Shown here in pieces: positions 16,062 through 24,345 of a stretch of DNA of 33,103 nt. The DNA comes from a virus. The DNA is taken from the UHGV virus genome UHGV-0224796. One strand, written 5' to 3'. The stretch's first letter is position 1, and each line of letters starts with the position of its first letter. The translations under genes were made by a program, and so were the position numbers. Below the pieces are notes generated by a model that had not been told where the DNA came from, did no database searches, and saw nothing but the letters and a program-made list of their open reading frames with translations.

Positions 16062-16470
16062 GTTTTTTCCTCCTTTAATTTGTTTTCCAGATAGGGCGTG
16101 ATAAATCAAAGAGCTTTATCCTATTGAAATCACCTTCTTAATGCAAATACGATTTATTGTCTTTAAATTATCACCAATTTTTGAGAAAGTAAATAATATA
16201 ACAGAATATTTTTTATTTTCTACATATATAACAGTATCTTACAATATTTAAAATATTGATTCTTATAGAATATTTTCATTGATGAAGATACGCATAACTA
16301 TAGGAATGCACAATATTATGATATCCTTTTGAGTATAAGAAAACCAGTTTTGGATGCAAGCAAAGCAGCAAATAAAATTGTTATTATTTTGTTACTATCA
16401 ATACAACTTTCAACGCGTTTTAGCAAAGCAAAGAATTTAAAAAATATTGAAACACCTGCGCCTACTTGTG

Positions 16471-16499
16471 TTGAACGATTAAATATTTTATGGTATAAT
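16471..16499 (+). promoter_or_regulatory. SigA promoter upstream of glyA leader
   Basis: TTGAAC (16471-16476), 17 nt, TG-g-TATAAT (16494-16499). Confidence 0.75.
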
Positions 16500-16700
16500 A
16501 GCTTCAAACAGAGTTTGAAGCATTGGAAAAATGCCTGTCGGCGCGAAACGCCTCCTGCCGCAAAGCGGCAACGCCATTTTTCACAAAGGTTGGCCTTGCG
16601 TGTATGGTATGATAGTCTCCAACAGATCTTAAAATTCTTTAAAGCTTGGAGGCATTGAAAAATGCCTGTCGGCGTGAAGCTTCTCCTGCCGCAGGGAGAA
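16489..16700 (+). repeat. Two diverged tandem copies of a -10 box / hairpin / GCATTG(G)AAAAATGCCTGTCGGCG...CTCCTGCCGCA unit
   Basis: Copy 1 about 16489-16570, copy 2 about 16603-16700. Confidence 0.75.
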
Positions 16701-16772
16701 TCTCTTTGGGTATGTAATTATTACGATATTGTTTTTTGATCTGAACGAGTGAAAGGAAGGACGTTACGCGCT

Positions 16773-16980
16773 ATGTACAATGAGATTCTAGATACCATCG
16801 GCTTTGTTTCCCGCTTTGATCCGGAAGTTGGCGAGGCGATGCAGAAAGAGCTTGGCCGCCAGCAGCGCAACATTGAGCTGATCGCCTCTGAAAATTTTGT
16901 TTCCCCTGCTGTGATGGCCGCGATGGGCAGTGTGCTGACCAACAAATATGCAGAGGGATATCCGGGCAAGCGCTATTATG
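16773..16980 (+). pseudogene. glyA: 5' fragment of serine hydroxymethyltransferase, truncated
   Basis: [41 protein letters not shown] is the SHMT N-terminus. Similarity stops where GGC is expected, and the frame runs on in unrelated sequence to 17054. Confidence 0.95.
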
Positions 16981-17059
16981 TTAGTCCTATTTCAATACAA
17001 GCTTTGCTGACTGAAATGTTCCTATCATCACATAACTTTTTGAACAAGTCATAAAACAC
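16976..17059 (-). pseudogene. N-terminal remnant of CI-like repressor (27 aa), not in ORF track
   Basis: RBS AGGAG (17070-17074), GTG start; [27 protein letters not shown] then stop. This is the first helices of an XRE HTH, divergent from the cro-like gene. Confidence 0.8.
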
Positions 17060-17094
17060 AAAAAATACACTCCTATTTTGTGCAACATGACATT

Positions 17095-17230
17095 ATTACA
17101 AAGGTAACCAAAATAGGGTTGACTTGATTACCGACGTATGCTATCATAAGAGCAGATGATTACCAATGTAATAATTGTTGCTTACTGATGTTGACGCGTT
17201 AATAGTATCACAATTGATTACAAAGGTCAA
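17095..17230. promoter_or_regulatory. Lysis-lysogeny switch: face-to-face promoters and ATTAC-N4-GTAAT-type operators
   Basis: Rightward TTGACT (17119-17124), 17 nt, TATCAT (17142-17147). Leftward TTGACC (17225-17230), 17 nt, TACTAT (17202-17207). Operators at 17095, 17127, 17159 and 17217. Confidence 0.75.
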
Positions 17231-17259
17231 CCAAAAATGTTGAAGGAGGTAAACTTCGT

Positions 17260-17448
17260 ATGCTTGCACAGTGGATCGGTGATGTAATTGGAGAAATGCA
17301 CAAAAACAAAATTACTGCATCGGAATTGGCAAATGAAATCGGTTGGCATCCTAAATATCTCAGTGCGATTCTGAATGGGCATCGCTCGCCTAAAAATGCA
17401 GAACAAACAGTTAAACAGGCATTGGCAAGAATTTTAGGAATGAGATGA
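17260..17448 (+). CDS. Cro-like HTH protein
   Basis: RBS AAGGAGGT; ITASELANEIGWHPKYLSAILNG; first gene of the early operon. Confidence 0.85.
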   Translation: MLAQWIGDVIGEMHKNKITASELANEIGWHPKYLSAILNGHRSPKNAEQTVKQALARILGMR

Positions 17449-17575
17449 AAACTGCATCTTTATTTTATCACGCCTGAACGAATTACTGAACTGTTTGATT
17501 TTGGAATCAAGAGGCAAAGTCCCATGATTGGGATAGTGGCAAGAGAATCATTCAATTTATAGGGAGGAACTAGTT

Positions 17576-18028
17576 ATGACAACCACATTTGCAGAGAGAT
17601 TAAAACACGCTATGAACGAGGCCCACATGAGCCAATCCGAACTGTCAAGCAAAACGGGCATCACAAAAGCATCTATCAGCCAATATCTTTCCGGAAAGAA
17701 TCAACCGAGAGAAGACAAGATTTTTCTGATGGCAGAAGCCTTGAAAGCATCTCCGGATTTCCTGATGGGCAAGGACGTGCCGCCCATGCTTCCCCGCGTA
17801 TCAGTGGATAGGATCGGTACAAGGACGGCGGCGCGATGCATAGGCAAGTCTGAGCAGTTCATCCGGATCGGCTTGCAGCGCGGCATTTTACCTTTTGGAA
17901 ATGCCGTGCCAGGAACCGGGCGCAAGTTTATCTACTATATTAATCCGGTTCAGTTCAGGGAGTATGTCGGGCGGGACCGCTTTGATCGGTTCTTTGGATC
18001 ACAGACCGAGAGCGGGAGAAGAACATGA
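17576..18028 (+). CDS. XRE HTH protein with second C-terminal HTH-like domain
   Basis: FAERLK...SQSELSSKTGITKASISQYLSGKNQP; C-terminal AARCIGKSEQFIRIGLQRGILPFG. Confidence 0.85.
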   Translation: MTTTFAERLKHAMNEAHMSQSELSSKTGITKASISQYLSGKNQPREDKIFLMAEALKASPDFLMGKDVPPMLPRVSVDRIGTRTAARCIGKSEQFIRIGLQRGILPFGNAVPGTGRKFIYYINPVQFREYVGRDRFDRFFGSQTESGRRT

Positions 18029-18198
18029 CCATTGCAATATTAGAGGCTGTATTCGGGACGCTGGCGACAATCTTTTTCATATGGGCTTGCTGGAATGAAA
18101 AGCGGTTGATCGCATGGGAGGATAAACACCTGATCCCGTGGGCAAAACAATTGCAAAAGCGTTTCCAAAGGAGTTGCAGACAATGGATTTCAAGATAG
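18025..18198 (+). CDS. Small membrane protein (57 aa), not in ORF track
   Basis: ATGA overlap; MTIAILEAVFGTLATIFFIWACWNEKRLIAWEDK... Confidence 0.6.
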   Translation: MTIAILEAVFGTLATIFFIWACWNEKRLIAWEDKHLIPWAKQLQKRFQRSCRQWISR

Positions 18199-18401
18199 GC
18201 GACCACGTCCGTGGGACCGCAGGCAGCCAAGGATACTACACGCAGCCCGGCGAACTGCTGGAGGCCGTTGTAACTGATCTCAACCCGGATGGAGATGTCC
18301 GGATACGTGTCATCAGGCACACAAGGTATGAGGCGAAGACGCTGCCAGAATTTGAAGTCGTGGCTGGGGAAATCGAATTAATTGAAGAGGAAGGAGGATA
18401 A
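18183..18401 (+). CDS. Hypothetical protein
   Basis: RBS AAGGAG; MDFKIGDHVR start. Confidence 0.65.
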   Translation: MDFKIGDHVRGTAGSQGYYTQPGELLEAVVTDLNPDGDVRIRVIRHTRYEAKTLPEFEVVAGEIELIEEEGG

Positions 18402-19210
18402 TGGTGAAACACGTTGTCTTGTATAGTGGCGGCCACAGTTCCGCATTGGCTGCCATAGAAACCGTCAGACAGTACGGCCCGGAAAACGTGATATTGCTGA
18501 ATCACGATATTAATCCGCGCACAGAGGATGCGGATATCAAGCGGTTTAAGCGGGAAGTTGCGGAGTACCTTGGCCTGCTAATCACATACGCCAATATGGC
18601 GGACGTGAGCCAAAAAGATCATTTTGACGTGTGCGTCGAACAAAAGGCGTTTAAGTACGGGATGCAATCATCTGCGATCTGCACACGCAAACTTAAAACG
18701 GAGCCGTTCGCGCGCTGGCTATCTGGCCAAGATAGCAGCAGCCTCGAACTTGTGTATGGGTTTGACGAAACTGAGCAAAAGCGTATCGCACGGCGAACAC
18801 GGATTATGGGGGAGCAAGGATACCGATGTGTCTACCCGTTAACGTCCCAAATAGAATTACGCAACATCGAAGATATCGGCATCCGTAGGCCAGATACATA
18901 TAAAACGTACAGACATGCAAATTGCATTGGATGCTTAAAAGCTGGGCGGCAACATTGGTACTGTGTCTACTGTCTGCGTCCTGATATATGGGACAAGGCC
19001 AAATGGGCGGAACAAAAAATCGGATATACCATCCTGAAAGGCACACCCTTGTCCCTACTGGAACCCATGTTTGCTGAGTTAAAGCTATGTCAATTGCAGG
19101 CAACCGAGTTGATCAAGCCGCAAACATTTTGGGCGTCAGCTAGACGGTTGCTTGCCCAAAACACAAAAACCGCCGCTCCCGACACGGCAATTGTCAGAAG
19201 CGGCACGTAA
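18401..19210 (+). CDS. PAPS reductase-like / PP-loop family protein
   Basis: VLYSGGHSS PP-loop, CTRKLK and HANCIGCLK motifs. Confidence 0.75.
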   Translation: MVKHVVLYSGGHSSALAAIETVRQYGPENVILLNHDINPRTEDADIKRFKREVAEYLGLLITYANMADVSQKDHFDVCVEQKAFKYGMQSSAICTRKLKTEPFARWLSGQDSSSLELVYGFDETEQKRIARRTRIMGEQGYRCVYPLTSQIELRNIEDIGIRRPDTYKTYRHANCIGCLKAGRQHWYCVYCLRPDIWDKAKWAEQKIGYTILKGTPLSLLEPMFAELKLCQLQATELIKPQTFWASARRLLAQNTKTAAPDTAIVRSGT

Positions 19211-19240
19211 GAAAACCCGAATCAAAAAGGCGGTCCTTAC
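19165..19240 (-). ncRNA. Putative antisense sRNA 2 (about 75 nt)
   Basis: Minus-strand TTGACT (19270-19275), 17 nt, TG-c-TACACT (19247-19252); 13-bp minus-strand stem (19172-19184 / 19192-19204) followed by a U-run. Confidence 0.5.
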
Positions 19241-19348
19241 AGCTACAGTGTAGCATTGGGGGCGCTGGAAGTCAAGGAGGCATATAAAATATGACCTTTG
19301 CCGAACGGGACGAACTCGCGATGGAGCTCTGGAAGGAGGGAGAAAACC

Positions 19349-19543
19349 ATGTATTACGAAGGGATTGGCCCGGAGCGCGGAAAGCGCGTCTCCGGCGAAG
19401 ACGCGCCGGCTTATGCAATGGTACGTTGCGGGATCGGCCGGATGCAGGATACCCCGGAAACGCCGGAGTTCCTGACAGCCCTTGTGGATTGGTATTTCTC
19501 GGGCAACTGGATCCGGAGGGAGGGTGATCCGCATGATTCCTGA
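19349..19543 (+). CDS. Hypothetical protein
   Basis: RBS AAGGAGG/GGGAG; MYYEGIGPERGK...VDWYFSGNWI. Confidence 0.6.
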   Translation: MYYEGIGPERGKRVSGEDAPAYAMVRCGIGRMQDTPETPEFLTALVDWYFSGNWIRREGDPHDS

Positions 19544-19760
19544 CCGCGGAGTTGACTTTTACATAACCGGTACGGAAATCGTGGAAGTCCATTTCCCCAA
19601 TGGGGATCTCGCTTGCCAGTGGTGCCCCTTTTGCAAGCGGAAAACCTTCCGCGGAAATACCCGCGTTATCTGCGTCAAGACCTATGAACCGCTCAATGAG
19701 ATTTATGAAACCCGGCGGGGCGACGACTGCCCGCTGGCTATTCAGGAGGTGGATACATAA
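19533..19760 (+). CDS. Small Cys-rich (zinc-binding-like) protein
   Basis: RBS GGAGGG; CQWCPFC...C...CPL. Confidence 0.6.
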   Translation: MIPDRGVDFYITGTEIVEVHFPNGDLACQWCPFCKRKTFRGNTRVICVKTYEPLNEIYETRRGDDCPLAIQEVDT

Positions 19761-20380
19761 TGGGAATCCCTGTCCTGATCCTCGGGGAATCCGGCAGCGG
19801 GAAAACAACCGGCCTGCGCAATTTTGAACCGGGGGAAATCCTGGTCTTCAGCGTGGCCAACAAGCCCCTGCCATTCCGCAAAAAACTCAATACTGTCAAA
19901 AACGCGACCTATGGATCCATCGGCGCCGCACTCAAGCAGAAGCAATACAAGCGGTATGCTATCGACGACAGCCAGTATCTGATGGCCTTTGAACTCTTTG
20001 ACCGCGCGAAGGAAACTGGCTATGGGAAGTTTACGGATATCGCCGTGCGCTTCCGTTCCATGATCGACTACATTTCCCGGGATCTGCCGGACGATACGAT
20101 CGTCTACCTGCTGCACCACAGCGAGATCACAGACAGCGGTAAAATCAAGGCCAAGACTGTAGGTAAAATGCTCGATAACCAACTCACCGTTGAGGGCCTG
20201 TTCTCCGTCGTCCTGTATTGCAGGTCAGACGGGCATCGATATCACTTTGAAACCCAAACCGATGGGTATACAACGGCGAAATCTCCTAAAGATATGTTCA
20301 ATCTTCTGGAAATCGACAACGACCTGAAGATGGTGGACGGTGCCATCCGGGAATATTGGGGTTTAAATACTGAAAAATAA
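19760..20380 (+). CDS. Sak4-like AAA ATPase (recombination)
   Basis: Walker A GESGSGKT, Walker B AIDDSQY; followed by an SSB-like gene. Confidence 0.8.
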   Translation: MGIPVLILGESGSGKTTGLRNFEPGEILVFSVANKPLPFRKKLNTVKNATYGSIGAALKQKQYKRYAIDDSQYLMAFELFDRAKETGYGKFTDIAVRFRSMIDYISRDLPDDTIVYLLHHSEITDSGKIKAKTVGKMLDNQLTVEGLFSVVLYCRSDGHRYHFETQTDGYTTAKSPKDMFNLLEIDNDLKMVDGAIREYWGLNTEK

Positions 20381-20397
20381 CAGGAGGAGTACATACG

Positions 20398-20979
20398 ATG
20401 AAAGCATTCAATGGATACGAGCCGAAACGGAGCTATGTCAGGGAGCAGCTGCCCGCGGGCGGCTATGTGGTCAAAATCATGGACGTAAAGCTCGTGCATA
20501 ACGACTGGGGTGACATTCTGCTCCTGAGCTTCGATGTGGAAGAGGGCGACAAAAAAGGCTTCTTCCGAGACGACTACAGGGGCCAGACGTATGAAGACAA
20601 GAAATGGCGGGGAACCTACCGCCTGCGCATCCCCGCAGACGATGGCAGCGATAAGGACGCATGGGCGAAAAACGCCTTTAACAACGCTATGTTTGCCTTT
20701 GAAGACAGCAATAAGGGTTTCCGCTTTGACTGGGACGAGAACAAGCTCAAAGGTCTGTTGGTAGGCGCGTTGTTCCGCAACGAGGAGTGGGAGATGAACG
20801 GACGGACTGGCTGGACCACAAAATGCTGCTCGCTTATTCCGGCGGATGATATCCGCAGTGGAAAGTTTAAAACGCCGAAGGATAAGCCGCGTCAGGACAG
20901 ACCGGCGTCAACGCCTTTTGAAACAACCGGCCCTAAGGATTTCGAGGCGCTGGACGATGATGACGACCTCCCGTTCTGA
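20398..20979 (+). CDS. Phage single-stranded DNA-binding-like protein
   Basis: LPAGGYV start, acidic DDDDDLPF tail; follows the Sak4-like gene. Confidence 0.75.
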   Translation: MKAFNGYEPKRSYVREQLPAGGYVVKIMDVKLVHNDWGDILLLSFDVEEGDKKGFFRDDYRGQTYEDKKWRGTYRLRIPADDGSDKDAWAKNAFNNAMFAFEDSNKGFRFDWDENKLKGLLVGALFRNEEWEMNGRTGWTTKCCSLIPADDIRSGKFKTPKDKPRQDRPASTPFETTGPKDFEALDDDDDLPF

Positions 20980-20984
20980 GCGCG

Positions 20985-21512
20985 ATGGCGGAATACAACC
21001 ATTTTGAGATTGAACGGATGCTGGAGAGCATGGTGGTGCTGGTGGATACGCGGGAGCAGGATACCCCTGCCCTGCGGCGCCGCCTGAAGGCAATACAGTA
21101 TCCGTATGAGCGCTGCAAGCTTGACTATGGGGACTACTCCTGCCGGTTTGTAAGCCCAGCGGGAGAGCCCATTAGCGCGGCAGGCAAAATCTGTATTGAG
21201 CGCAAGATGAACCTTGACGAGCTCTGTGCCTGCTTTACACGCAGTCGAGCCCGGTTTGAGCGGGAATTCATCCGGGCCAGAGAGGATGGGGCCAAGGTCT
21301 ACCTGCTAGTAGAAAACGCGAACTGGGAAAAGGCGCTCAGCGGCGCCTACCGCAGCCGGCTGAACCCTGCCGCGCTTACCGCATCCCTGCTGGCCTGGAG
21401 CGGTCGGTATAACCTTGTTCCTGTCTTTTGCCGGAGTGAGACCTCCGGGGAACTGATCGGCAGGATCCTGCGCTATGAGCTCAAAACGATTCTGGAGAGG
21501 GGCGAACTGTGA
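20985..21512 (+). CDS. ERCC4-domain nuclease
   Basis: VDTREQ...LDYGDY...IERK motifs. Confidence 0.9.
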   Translation: MAEYNHFEIERMLESMVVLVDTREQDTPALRRRLKAIQYPYERCKLDYGDYSCRFVSPAGEPISAAGKICIERKMNLDELCACFTRSRARFEREFIRAREDGAKVYLLVENANWEKALSGAYRSRLNPAALTASLLAWSGRYNLVPVFCRSETSGELIGRILRYELKTILERGEL

Positions 21513-22009
21513 TGCTGAAAAATGGATATATCAAGCTTTACCGCTCGCTCCTCGACTGGGAATGGTACGACGATACCGTCACCAAATGTCTGTTCTTGCA
21601 TCTGCTCCTGACCGTCAACGCCTACGATGAGGATTGGAAAGGAATTGTTATCAAACGCGGTTCCCGTGTTTCCTCATATACCAAACTATCCGAGGAATTA
21701 CATTTTACAATTAAGCAAATTCGGACAGGGATACAACACTTAGAACGGACAGGCGAAGTGGCAAGGACGGCATACCCAAGATTTACTGTATTTACGGTCA
21801 CAAACTACGATGCCTACCAGACCAGAGGGCAGGCAAAAGGGCAAGCAAAGGGCACGCAACCGGGCAGGCAAGGGGCAGGCAAAGGGCAACAAAGTAAGAA
21901 TATAAAAGAATATAAAGAAGAGAAGAAAGAAAGCGCGCGCGCGTCCAGCGCAAAAACGCCGGAGCGCCCGACCGGGGAAAAATCGATTTTTGAAAGGATG
22001 CGGGAGTGA
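21509..22009 (+). CDS. Phage replication initiator-like protein
   Basis: GYIKLYRSLLDWEWY N-terminus, winged-helix region, internal iterons. Confidence 0.8.
   Translation: MMLKNGYIKLYRSLLDWEWYDDTVTKCLFLHLLLTVNAYDEDWKGIVIKRGSRVSSYTKLSEELHFTIKQIRTGIQHLERTGEVARTAYPRFTVFTVTNYDAYQTRGQAKGQAKGTQPGRQGAGKGQQSKNIKEYKEEKKESARASSAKTPERPTGEKSIFERMRE
21827..21932 (+). repeat. Probable replication origin: six GGGCAnGCAA-type iterons then an A-rich tract
   Basis: GGGCA at 21827, 21839, 21850, 21862, 21873 and 21884 (11-12 bp period). Confidence 0.75.
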
Positions 22010-23814
22010 TGGGCTACGAGCTGAAACCATCGGACGTGTATGACCTGGCCCGCGTCCTGGACGCCGACGTCCACGAAAAAGGCGGGGAGCTTTTCTTCAC
22101 CTACTGCCCATACTGCCGCGGCGGGGAAAGCAGGGATAAGAACACCTTCTCCGTCAACCTCACCAGCGGGGCCTTCAAATGCTTCCGCAGCGGATGCGGG
22201 AAGGCCGGGCATTTCGTGGAGCTGGCCCGGGATTTTCATTACCAGCTGGATTTTGGCAATACCACCCGCCCGAAGGTGTATCGGGAGCTGCCCCAGCGCC
22301 CGATCCCCATCCGGAAAGGCGCGGTTACATATCTCCAGTCCCGCGGCATTGGCCGGGCAATTGTGGAGCGATACCGTATCACCACCCGTAGGGACCGGCC
22401 AGACATCCTGGTCTTCCCGTTTTACGACGAGAACAACGTTCTGGCTTATGTCAAATACCGCAACACGAGATTCAACGGCAAAGGCAACAAGGAGTGGTGT
22501 GAAAAAGACGCAAAGCCGGTCCTCTTCGGCATGGCGCAGTGCGAAGGATTTGACCGCCTGGTTATCACCGAAGGCCAGATTGACAGCCTGACGCTTGCAG
22601 AGTGCGGGGTTCCCAATGCGGTCTCCGTCCCGAACGGCTGCAATGGCTTCACGTTCCTGGAAAACGTGTGGGACTGGATCGTGCAGTTCAAAGAGATTGT
22701 CGTTTTCGGCGATTGCGAGCACGGAAAGATCACACTGCTGGACACCTTGCAGCGGCGGCTGCCGAACGTCGTCAAGGCGGTCCGCATGGAGGACTATCTC
22801 GGCGAGAAGGATGCGAATGACATCTTCCGCCGGTACGGGAAACAGGCGATCATTACCGCCGTGGAGAATGCGGAAGTGCCGCCGGTGAGCAACGTCAAGC
22901 GCCTGTCCGACGTGGAGAGCGTGGATATCTACAGCCTGCCGCGAATCTTCTCCGGGATTCCGGAGCTTGACCGCATTATCGGCGGTTTCTACTTTGGTCA
23001 GGTGATCCTGCTCACTGGCCGGCGAGGCGAGGGTAAGTCCACCTTCATGGGGCAGCTGATGGCAGAGGCGCTTGACCAGGGTTATTCCGCCCTGGCCTAC
23101 AGCGGCGAGCTGCCGGACTACCATTTTCGCCGGTGGATCGATCTGCAATTGGCGGGACCCGATCATATCGTCGAAAGCCGCAATATGTTCGATGAACCTG
23201 TTTACTCTCTGGCTCCAGGCATGTCGGAACGGATTGGCCTCTGGTATCAGGACCGGGCATATCTCTACGACAACAATGCTGTGGACGGCGAGGAATTGGA
23301 AAGTCTGACAGAGACGATTGAACATACGATCCGACGGTACGGGGTGAAATTTATCTGCATCGATAACCTGATGACAGCAATGGACGTAGAGGTAAAGGAG
23401 GACCTGTACCGGGCACAATCCGCATTTGTTAAGAAACTAAAGCAGATCGCGGTGCGGCATGATGTGGTGATCCTGCTGGTCGCCCACCCGAAGAAGACAC
23501 GGGAGCAGCTGGAGAACGATGATGTATCCGGCAGTTCAGATATCACGAACCGGGCGGATGTGGTGCTGACGTATTCCAGCAACGCAGATAAGCATGAGGA
23601 TAACCCGGAGGATTGCGACAGCAAACTGTCCGTCCTGAAAAACCGCCTGACCGGGCGGATCACCCGCAAGGGGCAGGAAGTCGAGTTGTACTTCAGCCGG
23701 AAATCAAAACGGATTACGAGCAAAAAAGGCTTTGAAAGCGGTGTAAAGGAATACGGCTGGCTGAAAGAGAAAACCGCCCCAGGTAGCCGGGATGATTTTG
23801 AGGAGATACTGTGA
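22006..23814 (+). CDS. Bifunctional DNA primase-helicase (T7 gp4/Twinkle-like)
   Basis: Zn finger CPYC...CFRSGC, TOPRIM ITEGQIDSL and KDAND, SF4 helicase TGRRGEGKST, IDNLM, VAHPKK. Confidence 0.92.
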   Translation: MMGYELKPSDVYDLARVLDADVHEKGGELFFTYCPYCRGGESRDKNTFSVNLTSGAFKCFRSGCGKAGHFVELARDFHYQLDFGNTTRPKVYRELPQRPIPIRKGAVTYLQSRGIGRAIVERYRITTRRDRPDILVFPFYDENNVLAYVKYRNTRFNGKGNKEWCEKDAKPVLFGMAQCEGFDRLVITEGQIDSLTLAECGVPNAVSVPNGCNGFTFLENVWDWIVQFKEIVVFGDCEHGKITLLDTLQRRLPNVVKAVRMEDYLGEKDANDIFRRYGKQAIITAVENAEVPPVSNVKRLSDVESVDIYSLPRIFSGIPELDRIIGGFYFGQVILLTGRRGEGKSTFMGQLMAEALDQGYSALAYSGELPDYHFRRWIDLQLAGPDHIVESRNMFDEPVYSLAPGMSERIGLWYQDRAYLYDNNAVDGEELESLTETIEHTIRRYGVKFICIDNLMTAMDVEVKEDLYRAQSAFVKKLKQIAVRHDVVILLVAHPKKTREQLENDDVSGSSDITNRADVVLTYSSNADKHEDNPEDCDSKLSVLKNRLTGRITRKGQEVELYFSRKSKRITSKKGFESGVKEYGWLKEKTAPGSRDDFEEIL

Positions 23815-24266
23815 GGTGTGTCATGGAGTTGCAGGAAATTGAGCGGTGCGCGATGCACAACGAGCCTCTGCCTGACGGCCTTGGGCAGCCGGAGCAGTAT
23901 GCATATCTCTGCCTGCGCAGGCTGTACCAGGACTATTACAGCAAGCGGATCCCAAAGGAGCAGGCACAGCGGGAGAAGAAGCAATACTGCCGGTCTTACC
24001 GGGAGGCGCAAGGCAGGGAGCAAAAGCGGCTGGAGGCCATGCGTGGGCAGCTGGAGGCGGTGAAAGCTTCCGGTTGTGTCCTGACACAGATTATTCAAAC
24101 GGCCGATACGGCAGACCTGTCCAACCTCCTTCTCTCCTCGATAAAATGCCTGTGTCTACTGCGGGGCGAAATGGTCAGTTATGGGCTCATTGAGCAGAAG
24201 ATCAACGAACGGAGGCAACCCGATGCGAAAGGTCAGGAAAAGCAAACCGCCGGAACAGGCGATTAA
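23811..24266 (+). CDS. Hypothetical protein
   Basis: Coupled ORF after the helicase; start may be 23823. Confidence 0.65.
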   Translation: MRCVMELQEIERCAMHNEPLPDGLGQPEQYAYLCLRRLYQDYYSKRIPKEQAQREKKQYCRSYREAQGREQKRLEAMRGQLEAVKASGCVLTQIIQTADTADLSNLLLSSIKCLCLLRGEMVSYGLIEQKINERRQPDAKGQEKQTAGTGD

Positions 24267-24345
24267 GCAATACACGTTATATCACACGGTCGTATATACC
24301 TGCCCGGAGTGCGGGCAGAGGATTGCTTATGAGGAGGCACAATGA
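24223..24345 (+). CDS. 40 aa protein with CPECG motif, not in ORF track
   Basis: RBS GGAGG at 24211; stop overlaps the next ATG. Confidence 0.5.
   Translation: MRKVRKSKPPEQAIKQYTLYHTVVYTCPECGQRIAYEEAQ

Noticed and set aside
16316..16658. ORFs 16316-16507 (-) and 16329-16658 (+)
   Set aside because: No RBS, and they overlap the glyA promoter and repeats; at most a gene remnant.
16489..16700. CRISPR mini-array or known ZTP/THF/glycine riboswitch
   Set aside because: Only two diverged copies, no repeat-spacer pattern, no cas genes, and no match to recalled riboswitch cores.
16749..17054. 101 aa ORF as a functional phage-encoded GlyA auxiliary metabolic gene
   Set aside because: Only about 69 residues of SHMT, no PLP-binding lysine region; the tail is antisense repressor sequence.
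17576..18028. This XRE protein as the intact CI repressor
   Set aside because: It is co-oriented in the lytic operon behind cro and lacks a peptidase domain; the divergent truncated ORF occupies the CI position.
21814..23418. 534 aa minus-strand ORF
   Set aside because: Lies antisense to the primase-helicase, with no RBS or recognisable motif; a shadow of GC-rich codon usage.
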